From an uncultured Spirochaetia bacterium (GTDB lineage Bacteria > Spirochaetota > Spirochaetia > SZUA-6 > Bin103): 64,000 nucleotides of DNA. Positions within the stretch are counted from its first letter, which is position 1. Every line of letters starts with the position of its first letter. Positions 20,515-30,917 of this stretch are shown in pieces. Position numbers and translations under genes: made by a program. The stretch is taken from assembly GCA_958296075.1 (NCBI GenBank), contig CATQHW010000001.1:783859-847858 (forward strand), in the 5' to 3' direction. The notes under the pieces are model-generated. The model had not been told where the DNA came from, made no database searches, and worked only from the letters and a program-made list of their open reading frames with translations.

Positions 20515-20997
20515 ATGACCACAAGCAAGGAGCGCGTGAGCGCGGCGACCGAGAGTAGCCCCGCCACACAGGTCGCCGAGCAGATTCTGTGGCTGCGCCG
20601 CGACATCGAAACGACGCCGATGCATCTGCTCAAGCTGACCTTCCTGTCCCATGGCTGGACGTTGGGTCTGACCGGCCGGGCGCTCGTCTACGATGCCGTA
20701 GAGGCATGGCGGTACGGCCCGGTGATTCCGAACATCTACCATCGTTACAAGTCGTTCGGTGGGGACGCCGTTACCGCTGAGCCGATCGATCGAACCGACC
20801 GATTCAGCGACACTCAGCAGAGCCTGATCGAGGAAGTCGTCGAGGCGTACCGTAGCTATACCGCTCTCGACCTGTCCGAAATCACGCATCGATCAGGAAC
20901 GCCGTGGGAAATCGTATATCGAACCTATGGTGAGGGAGCGATTATCCCCAACGAGCTGATACGCGACTACTACCGTGAGCTCGCGAAGTCCGCTTAG
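20515..20997 (+). CDS. Panacea/SocA (DUF4065) family antitoxin
   Basis: LLKLTFLSHGW, EAWRYGPV, LSEITH..TPW. Confidence 0.88.
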   Translation: MTTSKERVSAATESSPATQVAEQILWLRRDIETTPMHLLKLTFLSHGWTLGLTGRALVYDAVEAWRYGPVIPNIYHRYKSFGGDAVTAEPIDRTDRFSDTQQSLIEEVVEAYRSYTALDLSEITHRSGTPWEIVYRTYGEGAIIPNELIRDYYRELAKSA

Positions 20998-21247
20998 GGG
21001 GAAAGTCCAGCCGGAGCAGCCCGGCAGGACCGACGCCTCGAATGCCGAGTTAAGTGCCCTGATAAATCGGCAGCTCGATTCTCACCATGCGATCGACAAG
21101 CGGGTGGCGGTGTTGGAAGCCGAATTGAAGCACCTCGCGACCAAGAACGAGGTCTCCAAGGCAAAGCTTTGGGCGGCAACCGGCGGACTCACGGCGCTGG
21201 TGTCACTGGCGCTCGTCGTCCTGGGGTATCTGCGGCTATTACGGTGA
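20975..21247 (+). CDS. Small coiled-coil plus C-terminal TM protein
   Basis: Overlaps the Panacea gene; LKHLATKNEV then hydrophobic tail. Confidence 0.65.
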   Translation: MSSRSPLRGKVQPEQPGRTDASNAELSALINRQLDSHHAIDKRVAVLEAELKHLATKNEVSKAKLWAATGGLTALVSLALVVLGYLRLLR

Positions 21248-21266
21248 GCACGGCAGGGAATGGGTC

Positions 21267-22595
21267 ATGCCCGGTGTGCGCAGATCAGAACCGGTCGATC
21301 ATAGTAGGATGCCCGCGAGGGAGGACGCCGTGATCAGACCATTCGGCGACGGACGCGATCGCTACTTCACGGAACGGCTGGGGTTGTTCGTCCACTGGGG
21401 GCTGTACGCGATCCCGGCGTGGCACGAACAGATCCTTTGGCGGTCGGACATGCGGCGGCGCGACTACGAACGGCTCGTGCATCGCTTCAACCCGGAGCGG
21501 TTCGATCCGGACGAGTGGCTGGCCGCGGCGGAGAACGCCGGCATGAGCTTCGTCGTGATCACCACCAAGCACCACGACGGCTTCTGCCTGTGGGACACCA
21601 GGCTGACCGACTACTCGGTGATGAGCACCCCGTACGGCCGGGACATCCTGGCCGAGCTGGCCGCCGCGTGCGCGCGGCGCGGCATCGCCCTCGGCTTCTA
21701 CTACTCCTGCCCCGACTGGCACCATCCGCACTATCCCAACCTGGGGCGCCATCACGAGATGTTCGGGCCGCGCCGCGGCGACCGACCGGACTTGGCCGCC
21801 TATTGGGAGTTCGTCCGCGGTCAGGTGCGGGAGCTCTGCACCAACTACGGGCCGCTGCGCGACTTCTTCTGGGACGTGAACGTGGCCGAGCACCACGATC
21901 CGAGCCTGAACGAGATGGTGCGCGAGCTGCAGCCCGGCATCCTGATCAACGACCGCGGTCCGGGACCGGGCGACTACGGCACCCCGGAGCGGCACGTGCC
22001 GGACGCGCGCGAGTTCGACGCGCCGACGCAGGCCGTGCAGGCGCTCGGCCGCGAGAGCTGGGGCTATCGAGCCGATGAGGACTACTACAGCGACCGCTAC
22101 GTCATCGAGAGCATCGACCGCGTGCTGGCGATGGGCGGCGACTACATCCTCAACGTCGGCCCCAAGGCCGACGGCAGCCTGCCGGAAGAGAACGTGCGCA
22201 CGCTCGCTGCGGTCGGCGACTGGTACCGCCGCGTCCGGGAGGCGTTCGACGGCGCCGTTCCGGCCTCGACCATGATCGACGACGACGCGATCGGCATGGA
22301 CGGCGGCCCGCGCGTGCACCGCGACAGCATGCTGGTCACGCGCACGGGCAACACGTTGTACGTCCACCTGCCGGCGGCGCCGCAGAGCACCGGCCTGATT
22401 CTCAAGCCGCTGCGGGTCGCCCCCGAACGGGCGACGCTGCTCAACGACGGCAGCGAGCTGCGCGCCGCCGTGGAGACGACGCCGTGGCACTGGCAGGAGC
22501 CGCCCTACCTGCGCCTGAGCGGCCTGCCGGTCAACCGCATGACCGACACCGTGATGGTGATCCGCCTGGACTTCGCCGACGAAGTGGTCGAGTAG
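21267..22595 (+). CDS. Alpha-L-fucosidase (GH29)
   Basis: GLFVHWG, TTKHHDGFCLW, FFWD nucleophile, LNVGP; true start possibly near 21329. Confidence 0.93.
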   Translation: MPGVRRSEPVDHSRMPAREDAVIRPFGDGRDRYFTERLGLFVHWGLYAIPAWHEQILWRSDMRRRDYERLVHRFNPERFDPDEWLAAAENAGMSFVVITTKHHDGFCLWDTRLTDYSVMSTPYGRDILAELAAACARRGIALGFYYSCPDWHHPHYPNLGRHHEMFGPRRGDRPDLAAYWEFVRGQVRELCTNYGPLRDFFWDVNVAEHHDPSLNEMVRELQPGILINDRGPGPGDYGTPERHVPDAREFDAPTQAVQALGRESWGYRADEDYYSDRYVIESIDRVLAMGGDYILNVGPKADGSLPEENVRTLAAVGDWYRRVREAFDGAVPASTMIDDDAIGMDGGPRVHRDSMLVTRTGNTLYVHLPAAPQSTGLILKPLRVAPERATLLNDGSELRAAVETTPWHWQEPPYLRLSGLPVNRMTDTVMVIRLDFADEVVE

Positions 22596-22602
22596 GAGGC
22601 GG

Positions 22603-23499
22603 TTATCCGAGCCGGCTCACGTCGAGCGCGCACGGGCCGCGGTCGTTGCGGCCGAGCGTGAACTCGACCATCTCTCCTGTCTGCAGTTCGTTGAAATCGC
22701 CGTTACCCATCGAGGTGTAATGAAAGAACAGGTTGTCGCCGCCGGAGTCGGGAGTGATGAAGCCGTAGCCTTCCTTGATGGTCTGTATCACCCCTTCCTG
22801 CCGCTCGTCCGATACCACCGTCGGCCGTGCGGGACGCGCCACGGCCGGCGGCGTGGAAGCGACGAAGAGGTTGTTCACTATCTGGTGGTTGGCGCGCGAT
22901 CGATCGTCGATGATGCGGTCCATCATCACCGCGTAGGTCACCTCATTGAGCAGTAACTGAGACGTTCGGGTCTCCCGTTCCAGACCGTTGTCGTCGCTGA
23001 CCTTGAAATCCCATGCCGTCACCATGGTCCGCGCGCCGAGCGCGTTCAACTTGCGGACCAACGGCACGTAGTCGCCGTCTCCGGCGACCAGGACGACCAC
23101 GTTGAACTGCTTGTAGACGGCGAGCTCGAACGCTTCGAGAGCCAGCCATACGTCGATCCCCTTCTCGCCGCGCGCCGAGGTCGGCAGGAAGTGAGTCGTC
23201 ACTCCCTCGCTGATCAGGACATCCTCGAAGACCCGTTCACCGTACAGGGCGTCCCGCTCCTGCGCGTCGGCGGCGGAAGCCCTGCCCCGGAAGTAGTGGG
23301 CATCCACGATCCGGCAGTAGCGGGCGTCGGCCTGCTCGTTCTTGGCGACTTCGTCGCGTATGAAGTCGTGCAGGCCGGAGATGCTGATGCGCGCCTTGCG
23401 CCGGTGATCGTAGCAGTAGTAATTGCTCACGTGCGAAAAGAAACTTCCGTCGTAGAACACGCCGATTCGCGTAAGTTTGGCTTCCGGTATATGTTGCAC
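22603..23499 (-). CDS. NYN (LabA/DUF88) ribonuclease domain plus cold-shock domain
   Basis: FYDGS, EKGIDV, GDGDY; C-terminal GYGFI and LFFHY RNP motifs. Confidence 0.9.
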   Translation of the reverse strand: MQHIPEAKLTRIGVFYDGSFFSHVSNYYCYDHRRKARISISGLHDFIRDEVAKNEQADARYCRIVDAHYFRGRASAADAQERDALYGERVFEDVLISEGVTTHFLPTSARGEKGIDVWLALEAFELAVYKQFNVVVLVAGDGDYVPLVRKLNALGARTMVTAWDFKVSDDNGLERETRTSQLLLNEVTYAVMMDRIIDDRSRANHQIVNNLFVASTPPAVARPARPTVVSDERQEGVIQTIKEGYGFITPDSGGDNLFFHYTSMGNGDFNELQTGEMVEFTLGRNDRGPCALDVSRLG

Positions 23500-23648
23500 G
23501 GTATCTACCTCCTATCGGTGGAATGACATGGCGACGGTCGGTGATGACGAATGGCTGTCGCGCTGATCCGGCGCCGGCAAATGCCGCCGGCACCGCAAGG
23601 TAAACTTGCCTCCTCTCCGCCCGATCGTCAAGCACCGGCGCCGAGCGG

Positions 23649-25163
23649 TCAGCGGGCGTAGATCGCGTACAGTTGCGCGTCCTCCGGGCGGATGCCGGCG
23701 AAGGTCACCTGCAGCCGCAACGGGCCGGCGCCGGTAGGGACGGGGCTCCTCCACCGGATCGGCTCGCGCAGCCCGGCGACCGGCGCGGCCTCCTGCCGAC
23801 TTCTCTGACCGGGCACCAGGTCCTCCTCGCCTTCCGCCGCTCCTTCCAGCGCGGTCAGCACGGCGGCGCCGGCGCCGCTGAAGCCCGGCAGCGGATGGAA
23901 GCCATCGTCCAGCAGCTCGAAGCGCAGCTCGGCGTGCGGACCGAGCCCGCCGACGTTGGCGCTGAACTCGGTGGCGCCGGCCAGCGGGCAGGTCACCAGA
24001 TGGCCGCCGTCGCCGCGCATCGCCTCGAAATAGCCGATCCGGTCGCGATTCCAGGAGGCCAGCCGCACCTGCACCGGCAGGCTGCCCCAGTTCTCGTACC
24101 ACAGCAGGGTCTTGTCGCCCCAGTTGACCATGCCCTGGCCGTGGCTGACCGACGGCGGCTTGCCGGCCACCGCGCCGGTCTCCTCGTAGGCCGGCAGGAT
24201 CGGGAAGTCCTTGATCGGTTCCTCGAAGTGGAGCGCGTCGTGGCTGACCAGCAGTCCCAGGTCCATGGAGATGAGCTGCCGGTCGCTCGACGGCGTGCCG
24301 TGCCAGATGTCGTAGACGCCCAGGATCACGTTGCCGCGATCCCAGAGGCCGGCCCCCAGGTGGACCTCCTCGCTCTGGTTCCACTTCGCCTTGGGCGCCG
24401 AGGACAGCGGGTCGTACAGCAACGGGTTGGGCGGCACCATGTCGCGCCGGAAGCCCAGGCACGACGCCTGCGTCCAGGTCTCGAAGTCATAGGAGGCGAA
24501 GGTGGCGAGCACCCGCCCGGTCGTGTAGTGCGCTCCGCCCTGGCCGTTGACGTAGTAGCAGCCGTTGTGGCGGATCAGCCCGGTCTGCTCCAGGCCGGGG
24601 CCGACCGGGTTGTTCGGCGACTCGGTCCAGGTGAGACCGTCGGCGCTACAGGCGACGGCGAACTGGTTGCCGTACGCCTCGCTCTCGAAGACGCACTTGA
24701 AGCGCCGCGACGGGTCCGGATCGTCGGGCTCGTACATCACCGGCAGGGCGGCGAAGTCGCACCGGCCGCCGCGCAGGTCGACGATGTTGTTGCGCGTGGA
24801 CCCGTCGAACTCGATCAGCCCCAGGTCGGGTTTGTCCCAATGCACGCCGTCGGTGCTGGTGGCGTAGCAGCAGCGGAGCTGACCGCCGTTGCGCCCATCC
24901 GCGTCCAGGGTGCCCTTGGCCAGATACCACATGCGCAGCTCGCCGCCGACCGGGATCACCGTGCCGTAGAAGCGGGTGCAGAAGTCGTCGGGCGCCCCCG
25001 GCTCACCGGCGGCCACGACGATCGGGTTGGCCCGACCGGGTATCTTGCCCGGGATGAGGTGCAACCGGAGCCCGGCGCTGAACGGGCAACTGTAGCTGTC
25101 GAACGGGAACAGGACCGCCTCTTCGACGACGGGGTTGGGGACGCTGTTCTGCACGGTGATCAT
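23649..25163 (-). CDS. Hypothetical protein, glycosidase-like beta-propeller
   Basis: Asp-box-like motifs STDGVHW, SADGLTW, SYDFETW. Confidence 0.75.
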   Translation of the reverse strand: MITVQNSVPNPVVEEAVLFPFDSYSCPFSAGLRLHLIPGKIPGRANPIVVAAGEPGAPDDFCTRFYGTVIPVGGELRMWYLAKGTLDADGRNGGQLRCCYATSTDGVHWDKPDLGLIEFDGSTRNNIVDLRGGRCDFAALPVMYEPDDPDPSRRFKCVFESEAYGNQFAVACSADGLTWTESPNNPVGPGLEQTGLIRHNGCYYVNGQGGAHYTTGRVLATFASYDFETWTQASCLGFRRDMVPPNPLLYDPLSSAPKAKWNQSEEVHLGAGLWDRGNVILGVYDIWHGTPSSDRQLISMDLGLLVSHDALHFEEPIKDFPILPAYEETGAVAGKPPSVSHGQGMVNWGDKTLLWYENWGSLPVQVRLASWNRDRIGYFEAMRGDGGHLVTCPLAGATEFSANVGGLGPHAELRFELLDDGFHPLPGFSGAGAAVLTALEGAAEGEEDLVPGQRSRQEAAPVAGLREPIRWRSPVPTGAGPLRLQVTFAGIRPEDAQLYAIYAR

Positions 25164-25209
25164 GGTGCGCTCCTTGGTCGGGTTCCGAACCGTCGGGCGG
25201 CGATGGGCG

Positions 25210-26628
25210 TCACTGCAGCCAAAAGCTGTACAGACGCGCGTTCGCCATGTGGAAGCGGATGCGCGCCGGCGCGGCGATGGCCGACAGCGGCCGGCCGGCC
25301 GCCTCCCCGCGCCAGCGGATGACCTGATCGGTCGAGTCTGCGCCGGCGGCGACGCAATCGCCGGCCGAATAGCCGGGGATCGGCCGGTAGCCTTCGTCGA
25401 GCAGTTCCGCGGCGATGCGGCCGAAGTCGCACTTGGCGTTGACGTGCAACTCCGCGCCGGCCAACTCGAACGGCACCGTGGTGATGGCGCCGCCGTCGTA
25501 GCTGGCGTCGATGGAAGCGAAGCCGTCGAGCCGCAACGTGGCCAGACCGATCGACATCGAGCCGCGCTCCTGGTCCGGGTCGATCCTGGGCTCGAACTCG
25601 CCGGCCACCTTGTTGTGGCGGCGCGAGGTGCCGCGGTAGTAGATGTGCAGCCGGTCGCCGACCGGGATCGGCGGCGCGCCGGTGAGCATGATCTGAAACC
25701 GGTCCCAGTCGCCCACCTCGCCCAGTCCCACCAGCGGATCGGTCGCCGGCGCCCGCATCCACACGTCGCCGTCGCGACTGGTGAGCAGCCTGAGGGTCTG
25801 CGACTGGTGCGTCGCGCGGCGGTCGAAGTGCGTCAGGATGCCCAGGTACTGCGCGCCGTAGACGAAGCCGTTGTTGTTGTACAGCCCGTCCTCGTGATTG
25901 AGCTGGAACAGGAAGCGCTCCGGCCTGGTCCAGGTGATGAAGTCCCGGCTCACCGACATGACCCGCCAGCCGGGATGATCGCCGGCGCCACGCAGCATCG
26001 CCACGTAGCGGCGGCGCCGGGTGTCGATCATCATCGCCTGCGCGTCGCCGATCGGCCCCAGGTCGGCGGTTCCCGCCCGCGGGTGGTGATGGATGATCGG
26101 CTCCGGCGTGAAGCTCCAGCGCAAGCCGTCGGGCGAAGTGCCGGTGTAGATGCCGCTCATCGGCCCGTCCCAGTCGTAGCTCGACCAGCCGATCGCCTTG
26201 TAGCGGCGTTCGGGGTCGGGGTCCATGGGATCCTTCACCATCGTCTCGAAGTGGTCCTTGCCGTCGTGGTACTCGGCCGGCACGACGATGTTGTTGTCCC
26301 GGTTGCCCAGCGCTTCATGCAGCCCGAGCACGGGACGTGACCAGGAGATGCCGTCGTCAGACAGCGCCAGGCACTGCACGTGCTCTTTGCCAGGCGCATG
26401 GAAGCCGGCCATGTACCACGCCTTGAAGACGCCCTCCTCGCGATCGTAGATGACCGAGGCGGTCATGCCGCCCATCCGTTCCCACGGCGCTTCCTGGACG
26501 ATGACCGGCAGGCCGTGCTTGCGCGCCTGGTGGAAGGCGCGGCTCACGTTGTCGCGGCGATCGACGTCGAGCAGGTCGACGAACAGGCGCCGCTCGACGT
26601 CGAGGCGTTCGGGTGCGGTTGCGCTCAC
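25210..26628 (-). CDS. Hypothetical protein, glycosidase-like beta-propeller (paralog of neighbour)
   Basis: SDDGISW, SPDGLRW, SRDFITW, SRDGDVW, LRLDGF. Confidence 0.78.
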   Translation of the reverse strand: MSATAPERLDVERRLFVDLLDVDRRDNVSRAFHQARKHGLPVIVQEAPWERMGGMTASVIYDREEGVFKAWYMAGFHAPGKEHVQCLALSDDGISWSRPVLGLHEALGNRDNNIVVPAEYHDGKDHFETMVKDPMDPDPERRYKAIGWSSYDWDGPMSGIYTGTSPDGLRWSFTPEPIIHHHPRAGTADLGPIGDAQAMMIDTRRRRYVAMLRGAGDHPGWRVMSVSRDFITWTRPERFLFQLNHEDGLYNNNGFVYGAQYLGILTHFDRRATHQSQTLRLLTSRDGDVWMRAPATDPLVGLGEVGDWDRFQIMLTGAPPIPVGDRLHIYYRGTSRRHNKVAGEFEPRIDPDQERGSMSIGLATLRLDGFASIDASYDGGAITTVPFELAGAELHVNAKCDFGRIAAELLDEGYRPIPGYSAGDCVAAGADSTDQVIRWRGEAAGRPLSAIAAPARIRFHMANARLYSFWLQ

Positions 26629-26703
26629 GGACCGGAGGGTAGCACGCCGGACGCCTCCGCACCGAGGTGTACAGCCACCGGACCCGTGCTATCCTGCATC
26701 GTC

Positions 26704-27708
26704 ATGGCTGAGGCGGATATGGACGTTCGCGACGCGAAGGGCGAGTGGCAGCCGGCGGCGCTTCCGCAGCCGTCGCCCATGTGGGACCGGCCGGTGCGGC
26801 TGCGGGTGATTCTCAAGGCGATCTTCGGCCACGACGGCATCCTGTGGCCCAAGAACCTGATCTACATCGGCATTGCGGTGGTGGCGTGGTTCTTCCTCAC
26901 CCCCTCGCTGGAGCGTACCGCCACCTTCCGGATCGGCTGGATCGCGGAGATCTACCTGCGCAACGTCGCGCTGCTCGTGCTGATCGCCGGCAGCCTGCAC
27001 CTGCGACTGTACGTCAAGCGCGCCCAAGGCAGGAAGTACAAGTTCAACGCGCGCTGGCTGGCGACCCGGAACCGGGCGTTCCTGTTCGGCAGACAGACCT
27101 GGGACAACATGTTCTGGTCACTGGTGTCGGGCGCCGGCATCTGGACGGCGTATGAGGCGGTCACCCTGTGGATGTACGGTAACGGATGGCTGCCGCGCGT
27201 CGAGTGGCGCACGCCGGCCGGCATCGCCTACTGCTCGCTGATGATGGTCGCCGTCCTGTTCATGCGGCAGATGCATTTCTACTGGACCCACCGGTGGACG
27301 CATTGGAAGCCGCTGTACAAGGCCGCCCACTACCTGCACCACCGCAACGTCAACATCGGCCCGTGGTCGGGCTTGTCGATGCATCCGATCGAGCACCTGA
27401 TCTACTTTTCGGGCGTGCTTCTGCATTGGGTGATTCCGTCCCACCCGATCCACGCGATCTTCCACCTGATGCACACCGGGCTGAGCCCGGCGGCCGGCCA
27501 TTCCGGCTTTTCGGAGTTCGTGGTCAAGGACGACAAGACCTTCGGCAACGGCGGCTACTTCCATTACCTGCATCACCGCTACTTCGAGTGCAACTACGGC
27601 AATGAGGGCGTGCCGCTCGACAAGTGGTTCGGCAGCTTCCACGACGGATCGCCGGAGGCGCACGCCGCCATGCGGGCACGCCGCAATGGATTCGTCGATG
27701 ACGCGTAG
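26704..27708 (+). CDS. Sterol desaturase / fatty acid hydroxylase family protein
   Basis: His boxes HRWTH, HYLHH, HYLHH; several TM segments. Confidence 0.9.
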   Translation: MAEADMDVRDAKGEWQPAALPQPSPMWDRPVRLRVILKAIFGHDGILWPKNLIYIGIAVVAWFFLTPSLERTATFRIGWIAEIYLRNVALLVLIAGSLHLRLYVKRAQGRKYKFNARWLATRNRAFLFGRQTWDNMFWSLVSGAGIWTAYEAVTLWMYGNGWLPRVEWRTPAGIAYCSLMMVAVLFMRQMHFYWTHRWTHWKPLYKAAHYLHHRNVNIGPWSGLSMHPIEHLIYFSGVLLHWVIPSHPIHAIFHLMHTGLSPAAGHSGFSEFVVKDDKTFGNGGYFHYLHHRYFECNYGNEGVPLDKWFGSFHDGSPEAHAAMRARRNGFVDDA

Positions 27709-27745
27709 CCGCCGCCGGGAAGAGCCGGAACCGGAGTAGCGCCAC

Positions 27746-28678
27746 GTGGAGACGGCAGCCGATCCCGATGTCCGCGCACGGATAGTCCGCGCCCTGACCC
27801 CCTCCCCGGAGGCCGACGGGACGGTCCACGCGGGCGCGCACGGCGCGATGGCGATCGGCCTGCAACAGGGTCCGCGCCCCGATCAGCAGGACTGCGGCGC
27901 GACGCTGGCCTGGGTCCCGCGCGGCGGCGCCCTGTCTCCGTGGTGCGCGGCCGTGATCGCGGACGGCATGGGAGGCATGGAGGACGGCGGCCGGGCGAGC
28001 CGCGAAGCGGTGCGGATCGTCGTCGAGACCTGCCTCTTCGGCGACCACGACACGCCCCGCGACGTGCTGGCGGAAGCCCTGCTCCGCGCGCAGCGGGAGG
28101 TGCTGGAAGCGCTCGAGGGCCGGGGCGGGACGACCTTGACCGCCGCCGTGTGGAGACGCCGGAGCGGGATGCTCATCCATGCCGGAGACACGCGGGCGCA
28201 TCTGATCGAACCGGGTCGTCCGCTGCGGTGCCTTACCACCGATCACACCGAAGCCGGACTCTCCGAAGCGCTCGAACGCTTGAGCGCCGGAGGAGCGCCG
28301 GCCGAGCCGTACCGGCCGACCGCGCCGGATAACCGCCTGCTCGACGCGATCGGCATCCGGGAAGGCGTGCTCGCCGAACGCCACATCCTGCACGCGCCAC
28401 GCGACGGCCGATACGTCATGACGACCGACGGCGCGCACGATCCGATCCGCGGGGCAGGAGCAGCCGCCTTCGAAGCGGCCGGAGACGAGCGATGGACGGC
28501 GCAGCGGAACGTCGAGTCGATCTGGGAACGGATCGCCGGCGAGCAACTTACCGACAATGCGTCGGTCGTGGCGATCGAGCCCGCACGGGCGTTGCGGTGG
28601 ACGGAGCGCGAGTTCCGGTTCGGCGACGTTCTGCTGGTCGCGCCGAACGGGACGCTGCGCGAGAAGCTGGAACGATGA
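27746..28678 (+). CDS. PP2C-family Ser/Thr phosphatase
   Basis: QQD, IADGMGG, GTTL, GDTR, TTDG, DNAS. Confidence 0.87.
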   Translation: METAADPDVRARIVRALTPSPEADGTVHAGAHGAMAIGLQQGPRPDQQDCGATLAWVPRGGALSPWCAAVIADGMGGMEDGGRASREAVRIVVETCLFGDHDTPRDVLAEALLRAQREVLEALEGRGGTTLTAAVWRRRSGMLIHAGDTRAHLIEPGRPLRCLTTDHTEAGLSEALERLSAGGAPAEPYRPTAPDNRLLDAIGIREGVLAERHILHAPRDGRYVMTTDGAHDPIRGAGAAAFEAAGDERWTAQRNVESIWERIAGEQLTDNASVVAIEPARALRWTEREFRFGDVLLVAPNGTLREKLER

Positions 28679-28709
28679 GCGCGCGCCGGGCGACGTTCAA
28701 TCGGCTGCG

Positions 28710-30917
28710 ATGGAACACGGCGCCGGTCTGACCGAAGCGCAGCGCGCGGAGCTCCACGATCAGGGCTTCCTGATCCTTCCCGCGCTGCTGCCGCAGGCGG
28801 CGCTCCGGCCGCTCACCGGCGATCTGGCCGCCGCCGTCGAGCAGGCGGTCGAGCAACTCGTCATCTGGGAGCGTCTGGAGCCCGCCGCCACCTTCCCGGA
28901 CGAACCCTTCGACCGCCGCTTGGCCGCCGTCGCCGCCGAGGTGGACGAGGAGTCGCTCACCTGGCTCTGGCAGCGGCTGCACGGCAAGCAGCACAAGACC
29001 GCCGGCATGTACGCGCTGCGCACCCATCCGGCCCTGCTCGACGCGGTGGAAACGGTGATCGGTCCGGAGATCCTCGCCCATCCGCAGACGGTGCTGCGCG
29101 TGAAGCTCCCTGAGCACGACCCCGGCGTCGTGCCGTGGCATCAGGACGATGCCTACTTGAGCGAGAAGATCGGCGACACCGTGATCGTCAACCTGTGGAT
29201 CCCGCTGGCCACCGCCGGACGGGAGAACGGCTGCCTGGAGGTGATCGCCGGCTCCCACCGGCGCAGCATCCCGCACCGGCTGAAGACGAGCCTCTACCAC
29301 GGCATCGACGACGAGGACCTGCCGGACGGCGAGCGGGTCACCTGCGAGATGCAACCCGGCGACGCGCTCATGACCATGGAGCGGGTCGCGCACCGCTCGC
29401 TGCCGAACACCTCCTCGACCGTACGGTGGAGCCTGGACACCCGCTACTGCCGCATCGGCGTGCCGACCGGGCGCAGCTACGTCCCGGGCTTCGTGGCCCG
29501 CAGCCGCGACAATCCGCAATCGGTGACGCGCAATCACCGGCAGTGGGTGAGTCTGTTGCGCGCGGCCGGCCTCAATCCGTTCGAGCGGGCGGCGGCGCCA
29601 CCGCTGCCGAACGCCAACCGGCTGCACGGCGAGTGGCGGACCGACGCCCCGCGCCCGGAGTTGGCGCCGCGCGCCCGGATCGAAGCGAGCGCGAGCGGTG
29701 AGCAGGAGCTGGTCCTGGACGGGACCGGCGACCTGCACGCCTTCGGCTGCTGGCACCGCGCGGCGCGCCTGATCCCCGGCTGCTGGTACCGCGCGACCGT
29801 GCAGGCCCGCACGGAGCACATCGAGCGGCCCGGCCTGTCCGTGTTCGCCCAGGTCTCCGGGCATTTTCTGACGCCGGGGCCGCCTCTGCTCGAGCGCCGG
29901 GACCGGGCGCCGGCGCCGGCGGACACCCTGTACCTGCAGTGCACCTTCCGGCACGACCCTCACCCGTCCGAGCAGGACCGGATGGAGCTCTATCTGCGCG
30001 CCGCCCCAACCGGCCGGATCGCGTGGTCGCAAGCGATGGTCACGCAGATCCCGCGTCCGCCGGCGCGGATCGCGCGCATCGCGACGATTCGCTTCGGCGA
30101 GCCGCCCGCGCCGCTGACCATGGCGGAGCAGCGGGAGCGCATCGCCGCCAAGCTCGACCAGGCCGGAGCCATGGGCGTCGACATCGCCGCCCTCACCGAA
30201 TTCACTCCCGTGCAGGGCGTTCCGGAGCGCGCTTACGGGTCATGGGCCGCCGCCGCGGAGGCGGTTCCCGGCGGCCCCGTGTGCCGGGTGCTGGCGGAGG
30301 CCGCGCGCCGCCACGGCATGTACGTGATCGCCGGCGTCCTCCGCCGGAGCGGCCGGCACGTGTTCAACACCGCGGTGCTGTTCGACCGTTCGGGCGAACT
30401 CCTCGGCTGCTACGACAAGACCCACCTCACCTTTGGCGAGCTGCGGGCCGGCATCTCCTGCGGCGCCGACTATCCGGTGTTCGACCTGGACGTCGGCCGG
30501 GTCGCGATCCACATCTGCTACGACGAGTGGTTCCCGGAGGTGGCCCGCTACTACGCGCACCGCGGAGCGGAGCTCCTGTTCCTGCCGGTCGCCGGCGGCA
30601 AACCGATCACGTGGCGCACGCGCGCGCTCGACAACCGCCTCTACTTCGTCGCCGCCGCGACCGGACCGCCGAGCATGATCATCGACTCCTCCGGGGCGAT
30701 CATCGCCGAGATACACGGCGACGGCGTGGCGTGCGCGGACATCGATCTGGGCGACCGGCAGACCAACTGGTACCGCGACCCGACGCTGGCGCGCGGCATG
30801 CCCGGCATCGCGCCGCAGATGCGCATGACGACCGACGATCGGCTGCTCGCGGACCTGCACCGGCTGATGTACGACGGCTCTGCCGGCGACGCCGGCGGCG
30901 CGCCCCGGCAGCGATGA
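28710..30917 (+). CDS. Fusion of PhyH dioxygenase and carbon-nitrogen hydrolase (nitrilase superfamily)
   Basis: WHQD..AHRS in the N-half; E-K-C triad contexts LTEF, YDKTHL, ICYD in the C-half. Confidence 0.85.
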   Translation: MEHGAGLTEAQRAELHDQGFLILPALLPQAALRPLTGDLAAAVEQAVEQLVIWERLEPAATFPDEPFDRRLAAVAAEVDEESLTWLWQRLHGKQHKTAGMYALRTHPALLDAVETVIGPEILAHPQTVLRVKLPEHDPGVVPWHQDDAYLSEKIGDTVIVNLWIPLATAGRENGCLEVIAGSHRRSIPHRLKTSLYHGIDDEDLPDGERVTCEMQPGDALMTMERVAHRSLPNTSSTVRWSLDTRYCRIGVPTGRSYVPGFVARSRDNPQSVTRNHRQWVSLLRAAGLNPFERAAAPPLPNANRLHGEWRTDAPRPELAPRARIEASASGEQELVLDGTGDLHAFGCWHRAARLIPGCWYRATVQARTEHIERPGLSVFAQVSGHFLTPGPPLLERRDRAPAPADTLYLQCTFRHDPHPSEQDRMELYLRAAPTGRIAWSQAMVTQIPRPPARIARIATIRFGEPPAPLTMAEQRERIAAKLDQAGAMGVDIAALTEFTPVQGVPERAYGSWAAAAEAVPGGPVCRVLAEAARRHGMYVIAGVLRRSGRHVFNTAVLFDRSGELLGCYDKTHLTFGELRAGISCGADYPVFDLDVGRVAIHICYDEWFPEVARYYAHRGAELLFLPVAGGKPITWRTRALDNRLYFVAAATGPPSMIIDSSGAIIAEIHGDGVACADIDLGDRQTNWYRDPTLARGMPGIAPQMRMTTDDRLLADLHRLMYDGSAGDAGGAPRQR

